In this document: positions 38,901 through 53,900 of the stretch, in pieces
Numbering within the stretch: position 1 is the first letter of the stretch
Layout: each line of letters begins with the position of its first letter
Assembly: GCA_036172245.1 (NCBI GenBank)
Contig: JAYWIR010000017.1
Coordinates: forward strand, 2,108,001 to 2,172,000
Direction of reading: 5' to 3'
DNA length: 64,000 bases
Source: Raillietiella orientalis
Taxonomy: Eukaryota
Made by a program: the position numbers and the translations under genes
The notes under the pieces: model-generated
Databases searched by the model: none
Seen by the model: only the letters and a program-made list of their open reading frames with translations
Told to the model about the DNA's origin: nothing

Positions 38901-41900
38901 ATGGCAGCCACCTACTTGAAGATTTATGAGTGCATCATGATATTCCTTGCTATTAAGATGTAAAAAAAGCCGTCCATATTGAGCAAGAAAGAAATGAGTC
39001 AATAAGTAACTTATTTGGCCTAAGAGCTTTTGTTTGCGAAATTTTTTCTGGTTTCAGCTTTTAGGATTTGTCTTCAGAATGAAGTTACGATCTCAATTTC
39101 CAATTTACCAATCATAATCAAACAACAAACTTTTGTTGTTCATGAGATGCTTTAGTGGAATCTTAACCATAGTCTTTAGATACTTGTAATACAGATTCCA
39201 ATAAAATCATCTATTTGTTGAGTGTTTGAATGGAACAAGATGCACAGGCTTACGAGTTTGGGGATTATGTGGTTGGATTTGTTTTAGTTAGTATCCTTTA
39301 ATCGGCACTTGCTCAGCAAGGCTCCTCTAATGAGATACAGAATCGTGAGAAAACTGCTCTGCTCTAGTCTGCTTACAGTAGCCAAAAAATTTCATTCACT
39401 GTTTTCTTTCTTTTCACCTGTTACACACTGCAAAGAAGTTTATGATTTTGTGGTTTCCTTGAAGTGACCAGTGTCAAATATGTATACATACATACATACA
39501 TATATATACATATATATATTTCATATAAAGTTTCTGCATACTCTCGTGGCTTAATCTGAGCAATGAGCTCGTATTCACACTTATCCATTATTTTTATTAT
39601 AAGTCACATGAAACAGCACCTCCTACAAGTGCAACTCATGTTTGATCTGGAAGTCACTCTTTAATCCACTGGTATTTTATCCCTGTGAAAGCTCATTTCC
39701 ATTTCCAAGCTGCACAAAATCGTCATCTGCCAACAGTGATTCCAGATAGATGTTTCATCTACATTGAAGGCCAAATTTTTTTCCTTATTTTTTGGGGTCA
39801 GAGAAGAAGGAAGGGGTTCTAAGCTTCAGAGCTTGCTCTGAGCTCCTTTTTTTTTTCTTCTCTCATCTATTTATGCATTTAGAAAGAGAATTTTCTCTAT
39901 AATGACCTTTTCCTATGGAAATTCTCCCTATCATATTAATAGCATTTTGTAATGGAATGCGATGGAAAATCGAAAAGGTAGAAAGCAGTAGGAAAACCTA
40001 ATTAATTTACGAGAATCTTAGCAGGCTGGTCCTCTGCGTATGCACAACAATCTTTTCAAATGTTCGTGTGTACTTTCCGAAATGAGGGAAGAGTTAAGAA
40101 GTGGTTCTTTTCTGAAACATGCTTCCATGCATACGCTTTCAAACTAGGGTCGCGAATTCTTAGATGGACTTCCAATAAAAGCAGATCGAATCTATTTCCT
40201 TGTTTTGGAGCGGTGGTGAATGCATTTATTTTTCCGAATCAGTACTCTGATTCCACTGCTTCTATGAACACAAGTAGTGATTGTGTAATTATTCGTCACA
40301 AGTCTTTATGAGAACAGAACTGCTTTGACAGACATGTCAAGATAACAGCAGACTACTTTCCAAGACATGAGCGCGAACGTTTGCCATTTTCGAAGTGCCC
40401 TTACCTTGTTCACCACTTTTGTTCCCACAGACTACATAATGATTGTCCACCTCTTTATCCAGTTTCTCCAAAGAAATGGATTGAGTCGAGAAGCATGCCA
40501 TGGTTTCATTAAGTCCGGCAGCCATTTCTGCTTCTATGAATTTGATTCTAAAATAATAAAGGATGCCTTTTTAAGTTCTGCTCAATTCGCTTTCTATGAT
40601 TTGTTTAATCGGAGCAACAGATCATTTATTCTTTTTAACCCTCAGAGTTCCGAACTTCTCCTCGAAATGGCGTACACCACAAATTTGGTTTTAAGAGTAC
40701 ACACTTAGAATGTGACTACCGATGTGGACGTAAACTTTATTTTGCGATCATGAAGCTTTTATGACTTGAAAATTGCAATATGCGATGCCATTCAGTGAAC
40801 AGGCATTGATTTCTCTTTAGAGAATTCACTTACAATAGTAACTCCTATACTTTGGTCGCTTATTCTATGATATTTTAGATATGATTGTATTCAATTTAAT
40901 TAACCGCCTTCTGGATGAAAAACAGGATAAAGACCTGAATTTTAAATTGATTTAGCAACAAGGGTAGTTATATTCGATCTTCAACGTTACATTAAGAATG
41001 CATAAAATAAAAATTTCATCGAAAGCAAAAAAAAGCACGCTCATTGCAATACAGCACCACTTAGCTAGCGTCCAATATTTTCACAGCATTTGATCAAGCA
41101 TTTATTCGCTAACGAGTTTTTTGAGCTCTAAATACAATGTACATTTAGCAACAGTATTGTATATACGTTTCCTACAATGAATTCTGCCTTTTATAAAAAT
41201 TGCAGTACTTCCTAATTATGATAATATGCTGATTCAGTTTTCCATTGATAATGAAATCAGTATTCACATTAACAATAGCCGAAGAATATCTGAGCAGTGG
41301 GGAACCGGTTACATTTGGCAGGCAATATTCCAAATGTTAGCGAGGTTAGCTGCACTTTTCTTCAGACGACTCTGGAGTACTTATCATACTTACTCATAGG
41401 AACGAATCAAAGCGGGAGACCCACAGTTTAATTTACTTTAAAATACAGAATTCCTATATGCCTACTTCAGATGTATAAACTTCTATCTACCTGACAGAGC
41501 ATGTGTCTTTAGGAAGCACCAAGGAATACAGACATGGTTTGTAGCAACTTTCGGACTCGTCGGATTTTGCTTCCCATTTCACAAATTCATGGCAATCACT
41601 TTTAAATGAAATCTCATCTTCTTTGTAGCATTCCATATCATCTGTAGAATACCATTATTTATTATTCATTTCGCAAAAATGGATACTCCTTACATGATAA
41701 AGTGAATTTCCTTGACACACCCTTCAATCCTTGATCGTTTTGTGCCGTACAGTAATAAGTTTTGTTAAAGAGATCTGTGAGACGGCCACTTATTCTCAAG
41801 TAAAGAGGTGATTCTTCAGCTCTACGATAATCGTTAGTTAAAAAGGGTGCACTCAAGCAGCTTCGTAGTCAAGAGCTTGTATCTTACGTGTGAGGAATCA

Positions 41901-44900
41901 TCAAGGCATTTTTATCTGTTCCAAAACTAGCGCTGAAAGGTGAATCAGAACTCACAGTACAAAATAACTTTGTGTCCCAACTCTTCATTTGTGGAGGAAA
42001 TATTATCTTGACTTTGGGTTCGACTGGAAATAAGAAAGTAAAATTTTCAATGCTCATAGTTTTTATAATTCCGTCTAAACCCGTAAGTCTTTGATTCTAG
42101 AATGAAAGAGCTCAGCCACAAAAAAGCTTCTAATGGGGATCCATGATTTGATCACTTGATAGGAAACCTAAACTGCAAAGATTACCACACAATACGAAGC
42201 CAGAAAAAGACACGAATAAATGAGCACCGGTTCATGAGAACAATCATCCTATTTCTTATGAAAGTTATCAAAAGTCTCTGGATTACGTAGATTATCTTGA
42301 GAACATGTTTAACAGTGGTGTTCAGAATTCTTGAGTAGTGACAAGGAGAAAATAGCAAATTTCTGTAAACATTCATTCTAGAGTGGAGATACTGTTTTTC
42401 TTTCACAAACCCACTACAGACAATGAAAGGGAAGAAAGTAGATAAATGAGGAAAGAAATTTAGCTTGCATATTGCCAGCATGTAGAGAATCTCAACTCTA
42501 CTCTGGATAAACAAGAATGGAGTTGCTTTGTTTTTGCAAATTGCACACGGTGATTAATTGGAAATGTATTGCGAGGAATGTATTAATGAAGCAATAAAAC
42601 AAATACTAGACACATCTGTCACTCTTCTGCACGATAATGTCCTTTAGGTTTAATTTTTACAGGCTAGAAATCTGAAGAAACCCCGTCAATTTACACAGAC
42701 TATTCGTACACGAAATACACGAGCATTCTCTCGCTTCGAGTGTCTTTGTGATTTCACTTATCCAATGAGAAAACCATTTTCCAGGTACTTTTTCCTTGTC
42801 AGTAAAAGTATGCGTCAAATGATGCGGTTCAGAACTGACATAATGGTATGGAAGCGCAGTTCACAGCAGACTATATGTCCACTGACGTAGCTACTGAGCG
42901 GATACAATACTTTTTCTCTATTCTACACCAATCGCGTAAGATCACTGTCGATTTTTCGTTTCTCAGGAATAATTACTCTGCTTTATTCTGGAAGAGTGAA
43001 TTCTCGCGGTGTTGGGTCTATAGTTTTAGTGGAGCTTTTTAGAAAGAGAAAGCTTTGCCTTCAGAGGACCCAGGCGCTGAGATGTCTGTGTAATCGTCTT
43101 TGAACAGCCGGTGCTTTAATTAACCTACTCATTTCGAATGCTCACAACACTCTTGCGTTTCTTAGGAATTTTCTCGGCTGAAAACTGACGATATTTAGCG
43201 GCAGAGTATTCTCGATTCATTTCCTAGCCAAACGATCAGAGAAGGTTTTACGTACATGAATGGAAGTATATTGGTTTGCATGAAATATGTTTCATGAGAG
43301 AGATCTATTCGACACAATTATTAAATCACTTTCATCATCTCTATTCTGTTAGCAGGCAATAATGATCTTTCCAAATTAGCAAATATTTCATTGTAAGTGC
43401 AAAATAGGAGATCCGAATCAGAATTGAGATAGAAGATTGGATTTTTTTAAAAGTAGTAAAGAGTTTCTCTGATGCGATACAACGCGTAGTTAGCGAATCA
43501 ATTTCCAGATCGTTTGAAGATCTCAACAGAGCAAATCATCGAAACCTATCGGTTACATTGCCTTGCAGCGCTTCCTCAATCAACACCAGAGAACACCCTA
43601 TAATCGGATTCTAAAGATGATAAATAAAGAACGAACTGCAGTGAAATTTCTGCTCGGAAGAAGCAATCACTCAAATCAATTGATTTGATGCATCTGGACT
43701 GAACACTTACAGAATAAAATATGCCTGTTGAACCTCTAATACCGAGTGTTAGAATTCGTAGTATGAAAACACCTTGAAATTTTCCAAAATTGAAATCAAA
43801 GTCAAAATCCGAACTAATTTTTCCATATCGCCCTAATCGTTAAGGACCAAAGTTTTCCAGAAGCTTCAAATCATAATGATCTCTAGCAGTAAATAATATG
43901 GTAAGAATCAGCAACATCTGTTTCAGTCTGTTGAAAAGGTGACCATTTTTGAAAGAAGTTGCAGTCATATTGGAACCAAACATATTGATGAATATTTTAG
44001 AAATATGTTGGAATTTCAGAAAAAAAGGTCCTATCACTAAAGGAAAAATGCGTGAAGGTAGCTTAGAAGAAGTAGTCTTTGAAACAGGATTGAATCACGC
44101 ATCTCAGAGTCAGTAAGTTGCCTGGTCCTGATATGGAAAACTAATCTTAAAATGATTTTGTTCCATTGAGATCAAATCTAACATCTAAGAATACAGATGC
44201 TAATTAAAGCATCCAAAACTAAAGTAAGTATGTCTCCTAGACATTTAGGAAACAGAAATTATCTTGAAATTTCATAGAAAGCATTGCCTGAATTCTTACG
44301 TTTGTGAGGGATAATGCGTATGGGAGTTTCCGCTTGTCGTACAAATGGTATGCCTCCAGAAGTAAACCCTTTGACCTACAGAAACAGCAATAGAAACATT
44401 TCTTTCCTCACTTCCTTCCGATTTTCATTTCAACTGAAAAGTAAGAAAAAGTACCTTAACGTAACCATAGTCGATTATGACACCACCAATGATGTAGAGT
44501 TCATAAGCAGAGTCTTTGGAGGGATTTGCTATCTCCACTCTTAAAACACCATCTCGGTCATAGATTTCAACCGAAGAAATCGATCTGACAGTATCAAATG
44601 GAGTTGCATAGAGAAAATAATGCAAGTTGGTCATTCCTAGTAACAGACGAGTTGCTGTTTAGTTTAACTTCCTTAAATTTCCACATTTCATTTGCTATTT
44701 ACATTTTTTTTTGAAATATTCACCGAAAGGTTGATTTTTTTGATTCATCACGCATGCAGTTAGAAACAAAAGCCTACACGGGGATTACCTTTGCTAAATT
44801 TCTAGATAATTAGGAACTAATGTGTCATAACGCATAATGACAAACTTGAGTCGATGATTGTTTGTTGTATTTGCATACTAAAGAAATAAATAGAAAAGCA

Positions 44901-47900
44901 CTTTCTATGGCATCTGGGTCTCAGAGGAACACGTCATGCATACAAACAACAGTGGATAGGTGAAACAGAAATTCAGCTTCTCAAATTCATTGAACGCTTT
45001 CGCACATATTTCTTGAATATGAAGGTAAAAAGTTGATTCGTAAAAGCATGCACATCAATAAACAACTTTACTTCAGATGCATCATGAAGATTACCTGAAT
45101 TTTTTCATTCAAATAACAACCATTAAAAATGCGATATCGACACACCACATATTTTTCATTGAAGCAATCAATAACAGAAGCATGGCTGAGTATTTCCTTG
45201 ATTTTAATTGTTGTCCATTTCTTAGTGTAAATTTGAGAATGATCCCTGATCTCTGAAAATGATCCACAGTGGGTTCTTTGCTCCTTTGCTACAGATGTCT
45301 ACTCTGTATGCAAAAATACGATAAATATGCAATTAAATCAAATGTCAGTTCATTATCAACATGGACCATACGGAGCAATGGAAATATTTCTTTATAGCAG
45401 AAAGTCTGTATTTTCTTTCTATACCTTTGTGCACAAAATCCCTACCATCAGTAGTCATAGCACGTTAGTGGCACGTTAAAATTTTCTTCCACAAACATGT
45501 TAGTGGAAGTTTCAAAAGCCCGATCTAAGCCGTGCTCCTGCTGGAACATACATTTCTTAATTATTTGAAAATAGATTGCCTTGTTTTAAAAGCACATTCA
45601 ATTCGGTTCTTGCTATTTGTGACTACCAGAAAACTGCATTTTTATCACAGAATTTTCTTCTGATTTTTCAAATAAAACATTGTATTTTCTGTGTCGAAAA
45701 TTTTTTGTCTATTTTATGGATTATTGTATCTGTAATTCTTAGAAATCATGAGTTTAAAGACGAGTGATTGTGCACAATGAAACTAACAGAGATCACAGAT
45801 ACTACTTCAGCTATTTTGATTAGCGCAACCAATGGTGAAAACTTTTCATTTGGAGACAATTTTCTATAAAATAGACATGATTTTCGACAAAAAAAAATAC
45901 AATGCTTTATTTGAAAAATCAGAAGAAAATTCTGTGATCAAAATGCGATGGATGATGAAAAATAGAGCTAGAAATTTATACTGCAGACACAACCAGTTTG
46001 ATGTGCTTTAGCAATTTACTCGTTCTAAAATATCATATTCTTCTCCAATAAACTGTTGTAATATGAGATCTGCAAGTTTCCAATCTAATAAGGCTACCCA
46101 ACTCTAAAGATGAATCAAGTTAACATGTAATCCTTATCGAACAGGAAAATTTCTCACTCTGTAGGCCAAAAGATCTCAGTACTGTTGCCGGAATCCCTTA
46201 AGAGTGTGCTCTCATATTCAATTAACACGGTGTAACACTTGCCAAACTTTTGATAGGGTCTGAAATGACCTTATGTCTAGTCTCATTCGTCGAAATGTTG
46301 CGCATAGCTTTCGAATTTCCCACATCATGCTGAAATGTGAGGAATTCTTCTCTAGCAAACCAACTGACTTATTGATTTGAAAAATAATTATTTTCTTCTC
46401 AGGAGAACATTCTTTTCGTCACGCATCATCATTATGAATCATCCGTTTCCTCTGTGACCCTGTGAATTGACAGCATTTTTTAATTCATTTCCAGATATCG
46501 ATTGTGTCTTAAAGCTTGAGAGAAATGAATGCAAAAAAGTGAATACGCTATTACTTCCAGTCCATGCTTGCAATCTTGTCTCACACTTGCTGACTTTAAA
46601 ACTCCAACTCACGTTTGCTTTTGGTATTTTTTGCAGTGTCTTTTGAGAATTCTTCATGAAAACCGCCACAAATATGGAACCCGTCAACTTCCTTTTGCTG
46701 AAAGTAATAGCGTATTCTACAGAGAAATCAATCTCACTACTGGTTTCCTGATCACTTCGATACATAGTGATGATTCATTCAGTCCATATCCTAGTTTGTT
46801 TTAGTTATGGTTAATGAAAAACTAATATTTCCCCATTTTTGCTGCTCGATATGCACTCTTAGCATTGTATGTATGTGAACAGGGAGAATTCTGCACTTTT
46901 ATGGAAATCATTGTTATTGCATCTCGTATGTAATTCAGCAATCAGAGATTTCTTCAGTAGCAGAGATATCCCACGGAGCTCGCTTTTTGACTTTCAAAAT
47001 AATAGCAGTTTTTCTGTTGGAATTCTAATGCACAAATTTGATTAGAATACATTCTAATGCATTCCAATCAAAGTTGAGTTTTCCATGGCGTTGAGTTTTC
47101 GCATAAAAATTCTAAGTATTTTCTTTTCATTTGAGGAGAGGCAAATACATCATTCATTCAACATATCTATAAAAAGCAATAGAAGCACTTATTGAGTCTT
47201 GGCTTCAAAGGAAGGAGCACACTACGAAATAGCGTTCGTCTATTTCATACCTGTGGGAAGATAAGGAAGGGCATCAGTGAATCGAATGGGCGAATGTCCA
47301 AATCCTCCATCCATCTCCAGCCCTCCAGTTCCTCTGACTTGCAAGTAACACATCATAGATGCATAAGTGTGCGCTACAATTGTATGCGTTCCAACCTCTG
47401 GTTTTCGTTCAGTGTGCAGAATTTTTCCATCTATAGTTGTCCAACGGTGGTTGAAAAAAACTGGGGTATGATATGTGATAGCAAACTTGGGCATGACTAA
47501 GTTTATATTCCCAACATCAACATGAGAAGAAACGATTGTGGTGCATGATAAAACGAATGTGTAGTTTTGAATGGTTTCGTCAAGATCGAAAGAAAAGGTT
47601 TTCCGTTCGGTGTTTACTTCGTAGTGGAGTAAATCTGAATACAAATGAGGGTGAACGACGTAATCGTGGAGAAACTAAAAACATGCAGACATAATCAGTG
47701 TAAACATAAGTATCATATCATCATCATACATATAAAAAATCTCAGAAACAATGAGAATTGATTTCATCGATTCAAGTTTGTTTTTCAATAGAGATTCATT
47801 TGGCAATATTTTTTGCATTCTTCATAGTACACTGCGCGATGCAAACATGGACTCAGTTGCAAGATTCTCAGGTGTTTGTTTATAAAAAAAAATAAAAAAC

Positions 47901-50900
47901 AAAGATCCATTTTAAAATGAATTAGCTTCTGATCATTTTAAAAAACATACTAACTATCAAGATTCCTCAATGAATTCATGAACACCACTATCGAAAAAAA
48001 GCAAATAACAATATCAAATTAAAGAGCGAAATTACTAACGATATCCTCTTGTCTTTGTCAAACAGCATTCATCATTAAAATATAAATGATCTCAAGTTGT
48101 AATAAACGCTATATTGTGATTCCTCAGCTAATGCTGCATTACAAGCATTTGTGTAGTCTTTTTTTTTTCTAGGAATGTGGACGTTTGTATTCACTCCTTT
48201 TTCTCAGCCCTAGATTCTTTTCTGACGTTATTGTTTATCACAGTTTCATGCTCTCCAGTTTCTTCTGAGATCTCCAAATACGAGACTTATGTGTTCTATT
48301 ACAAAAGCAGAGATCTTCCGTTTGAAATGCAAATGAAATTGAAGTAAGGAATTTCCATTTCAATTTAACCATTCACTGCATGAAGCTGTAAAGAATAACG
48401 GGAAACTGCTGGACTCAAACTCAATCACTTCACGGCACTGAGCTGATGCCTTCTTCACCTGAAAACAATTAGCAAAAACAAGGTAAACTAGAACACAAGA
48501 AAACTAAGAATAATCAAGAGCGAGCATAATTATGTAAGTGTTTTATCACTACTTGCTATTTGTAATTCTTGATATCCATAGTTAAAAAATATTTTGATTG
48601 CGGCAAAATGCCATCAGCGTTTATATTTTCATCAAACAAAAATATTTTCCACCTCATGTAGAATTTCTTTCTTCGTATGTTTTCGGCTTCACTTTCCATT
48701 TGATATTGTATCAGAAAGCTTCGTGACTTTCTGTAATTACTTCCTCTATGTTACTAACCTGATTCTCGCATTTTCCTACTTGAATGCATCCCGCACATAT
48801 TCATTCCAACTCGTATCTGTTGTACTTGGTGTGTTCCTTGAGCTTGCTTCCACAGGTGTAAAGACCATGCTGTTCAAGTGCACTCAGCGTTTCAAACATA
48901 TTCGCATCTAATTCTGAATGATTTATAATTGAAGCTAAACAACGTTTGTGAAATTATCACAATCACCCCATTCCAAGCTACTTTTCTGCATTTTCTGGTT
49001 AGCACTTCATTTTCAAGCTCATGGGTCACATATCAAAGGTCATTTTCACTTAAAAAATCGGCGGTGGCTACAGTCTGAAGAGGTCTAAAGAGTTTGTGTG
49101 AGTAACGTCTTCTGGAATAGGACTTTAATAAATATGTTCAATATGTTTACTCGTTGTTTTCAGCCTCATTTGTTAATATCATTCTATCACTGCACACGCG
49201 TACAAACGGATTACTTAGGATCCTCGTTTCAAGGAATCTATTTGCTCATGCATAATTTCTAACTCGATCTGATTGTGTTACAAGTTGAACAAGCACGATT
49301 CGATGCTGACAGCTGCACATCTGTATCTGGTAATTTTGTCAGTAGACATCGAAACCATTTCTAGTCGAATCAATTTCATCTATTAGCCTTCGTTTAAGCG
49401 TTACTTCTTCCCGATTTTATGAACTGAAGCTCTCATTTTCATAATGAACTTTTTCGTATTACGTCTGTTTGCTACTCTGTCGTCTGAGTCAATATGCAAG
49501 TTTCACGAATTCAATTGCAAAAATAATATCGAAGACGTCGCATCCGCATTCATGTGATTTTTGAGACTGCATTAACAACTGAAAAAAAAAAAAACAAGCT
49601 TCATTCTCATATTCTTACAATATTGATTCCATTTGCATTCCTGTAGACCCTTCTTTGAACAAAAATACATGTCCTTAAAACTAATCGAAATTCTGAAAAC
49701 AAGAAACGTGCTGCGTTAGCCTGACGCTTTGTTTTAAATTTTTAAGATGTTCACGATATTGTTCACGACATTTTTACCGTGCTCCTATCTGTAATTATTA
49801 GTCTCTTCTTTATATACAAGAAATACTTCGTCAATATACTATGAATCATGGACTCAGAAGAACAAATTCATGAATCTGGTGTTACGTCTGTTCATAATGT
49901 ACTCAACACGTAATTTCATTTGAAAACTCATTCCTTCAGAGCACGTTTGATGCCATATTATGAAAGTAACTCCAGACGATCAGGAAAATGATTCTTTCCG
50001 AGCTTTCATTTGTGAATGGTCTCAAAAAATGTGGACAGACACAAGGACAAGAAAAACCAATCCTTATTTCGAGACAGTCAAAAACTAAATCTCAAACTCC
50101 TTTTTCTTGGACGTATTATTAGGATTATGAAACAGAAAAATGATGGCCGAATTGTGCCGAGTTAAAGTTGCAATTTCAATCTCTTGGATTTAACGCCAGC
50201 AAGGAAAAAAAAAGTACGTCAGCCAAATACTGGAATAATAATTTCAGTGAATATGCAAGAAAATGACTTTTGTTCTACATGAAAACTTTCATTATAAAAA
50301 GAGTCTAAAATTTCTTCATCAGAATTGTGAAGAAAACTCTTACTCTGAGTTGCTTGTCTCTTCTGGGATCAAATACTATTACCATAGAGGTTGTGGAACG
50401 CAGGATGTCATGAGTCAGTTCACTATAGCTTGCCAGTTCGATGAACATATGTACGTAAAGATACTGAAATCCAAGAAATATTAAAAGTGAATGTCAATAA
50501 TATAAGAAGGATCCAATATTAAATACAATAAGTGACATATCACCGAGTACCCAGTAAGCTCATAATTTAGCACATTTATAACTACTTTGTCCCATTGTTT
50601 ATGCAACGTCAATATTGATGATCAGAAGAGAAAATGAATCATTACGATATAATCATTCATGGAAAAGGATTTTATAAGACTGCCCCTGTAATTCATAGAA
50701 AAATCATCCGTACAGTCAGTCATGAAAGTCCCGAGAAAATAATCATTTGCATACATCCCTATTTGCATTTGCGTTCAATGCAGAAATCCTGCATTAAAAA
50801 ATGAGCACAGGTCAAATGGTTAACGAATACGTGTTGACGAATCAGAATAAAATATACACGTATGTTTCCATTGGTTTGATCCAATATTTAGGATTGTAAG

Positions 50901-53900
50901 AGTCTACGTGTAATATATTTGGCTCCAAATATAAATTATCAAATGATGGAAAATCACTTCAGACATATTAGAGAAAATATAAATAGTCTAATTAATCTGG
51001 TAGGATCTGGAAATAACTGGAATTCGGATAAGTATGAGTTACAAGATCAGAGAAGTGTGTTGAAATGAACGTGAAACCAATTTGAATCCATATTGCGAAG
51101 GGCAAGAGAAGAAAGAGGAAAACATATGAAGCACGGAAAGTCAGGTGAACAATCTATTCAAGCAAGCGTTTTGTTCAGAAATCCATGCTTTCCATGCTTC
51201 ATCAAAGAACTCACGTATTCAAGTACAGAAATTCCTACACTATCAGTAGATTCTGTTAAACGAGGAAACCGACGTCTATAAGCATGCATTATGAGGAAAG
51301 ATTCTCCGTTTGATGCAAAAACAGCTTTGTTCCCTGTGTCTTACATTGCATGCATCGTTTTCGTTATCCAATATAGTATGCTATCCTGAAAAAAAAAAAT
51401 ATATTGATGAAAACCTTGCTGTTGACTTAAACGGTAAGATTGGCAGCTTCTCTCTAATACACTCTGGAAATAACTGCCTGAAATTGGAATGACATTACCT
51501 ACAGCACACAACTGAAATCTACGACAATTTATTAAACATAAAGGTGCACAAAAACTGATAAGTGTCGTTGAAACTGAGAATATTTGAAGTGCCATTTTGT
51601 TCATCCACCACTAACTGACAAGTGTGTACTGAGAGGCATGAAATTCATCAAATCAAGCAATCAATTGTCACATATCAGAACCAACTTGATTTGACACATC
51701 ATAAGTACAGAAAACATAGGACCATGGAAGATGCTTCAAAAACCGATGTGCAATTGCAGGGCTTGATTGATTATGCGTAAGTATAAAATAATTCCAAATG
51801 AACAGAATTTTTACTTGCCTGTCTCGAACTATTTCTCTACACTTTTATTTCTGGAAACAGTCGTAGTTTTTGAAATATAAATTATGTCTGCGTTAAACAT
51901 GAAAGCATTTTATCTTTGTTTCTTCTGACGAGGATTGCTATGCATACAATATTTATACTGCTTTCGAGTGATATCAAATATTTGCAACCACGTTCTACCC
52001 TGTTATCGTTACGAGAGGTGCTTTATCGATTTAAATAATATTTTTCACTGAGGTGCTTTCACTATATTAGTTTATTGCATTTTATCTACCTTTATTTTCC
52101 ATTCCAATGATTCTTTTATGATTCTCGTTACAAGATACTCGTACTTGCTAGATGCATCAGAGAATATTATGATAAAAGACCTAAAAAGCCACAATGTCAG
52201 CCACTATGTTTCAAAATTATCAAATTTTGCAAAAGATACTATTTCGTTGATCGCAAATGCGGTAGTTAACACGAAATGCATGTAAATGCAAAATGGAGGA
52301 ATCTACAACATGAATGAGCGGATTATCTGTACTCAAAAAAGACTACCTTAATTGCAATTGCATTTTCTCTAGAGATCTACTCTTTTATATTACAAGCAAT
52401 GTTGCTTCCGATTTAGCAGATGACCTGTAATTTAACATAATCATCAAAATGCAAGAAAATCCCAGGAAAAAACTTTTTGCCACGAAGAAAAAGGAATGTT
52501 TCTATCTGTTTTCAAGATATGAAACCTATTCTTGAATAATTTCTTCTCTTGATTAACTTTCACTGATAAGAAAGTTTCAAACTACGTTTGTTGTGTTACC
52601 ATGGGGAGTTAATTATGTTCAACCAATTCCATTCCCTAAAAAAGGTCTTCACAAAAATTCTGAATCTTATTCGCTATAGGAACAACATTCATGGCATGTT
52701 TACTTTCATCACGAAAGTAATTAATCGTTTTTTCAGATCCAATTGTTCAAAGTGCATTCTTCGGAATTTTGAGTTTGTGTTTAATGCAATCGCTAACTTT
52801 ATTCTCAAAGTTGACCAGGGAGTAGTCATGTATAAGTAGTGAACCAGTAAATAGTCTTTGCTTTCTTGAAGTTTCTTTCCAGAGATGTGGGTATCAGTTT
52901 TGGGTGCTCTCCCTCGTGCTACCACCGAAGTATACATATGGTTTGTTCTCCTTGCCTGCACCATTTTCCAGGACATGCTTGTAAAAGTGTTTTTAATGTT
53001 TCACAGTTCTTAAGCTCTTTCTGTGTATTATTTTTGCAGAAAGGTGAACTCACTTATAATAGATGCCAATCAACCTAACCTTTCTTCTGCTGAGACAAGC
53101 GTTTCAATATGATGCTGTTTTCCTGCATGGCATTCTCTAATTCTCTTCCAGTAGGAGTGGCGGCTCTTACTTCTACGTTTGGATTTAGAATCACCGATTG
53201 CTACTTTTTTCCTGCATTCTGAAACTTCATATCCAAATTCCCGGATGAACATTCTACAATTTTGTACTGTTTGGCGGACCTCAACTAAGTCCAATTTTTT
53301 GTCATCTGTTGGCGACAAAAATTATTCTGGGATTTCAAAAACCTTCTACACCTTGCTTTGAACACACACATATATGGTGCAGAGTATTTTTATAGAGGAA
53401 TCCGTTTTCTACCATGTCGACTTTGAATTCTCTTCACAGTGAATTGCTGTCTTTTCAGATTCCATATTACGGACAGCCGACACATTATGCATTATTCAGG
53501 CTGAAAATATTGCCGCATATATAATTTTGCAACTCTTAAATTTTGAAATGATCTCTCATTTGATAACCTAACTTTTAAAGGTCAAAAAATGCAGTTGCGC
53601 AGTTTTGTTTTTTTTCGGTATCAAATGTGCCCCCCAAAATTCCATGTGCTCCTTCGTAGGAAAACAGTCTAAAAAAATATTTCGCCATTGGTGTTTCGTA
53701 TTTTTTCATAAGAATAAAGTGTTTCTTGTTAAGAAATTCATTCTCGGCTGGTGGCACACCATACAGTCTCTCGTTTCTCTCGTTACATTTAAATCCTTGC
53801 GTTTCTTCAAGATGGCACTTTTCTGAATTTACAATATGCAGCACCCTTCTACGAAAAGGGTGTGGTTTTCATATGGAGGGGAAAGTATTTGTCAGCATTC

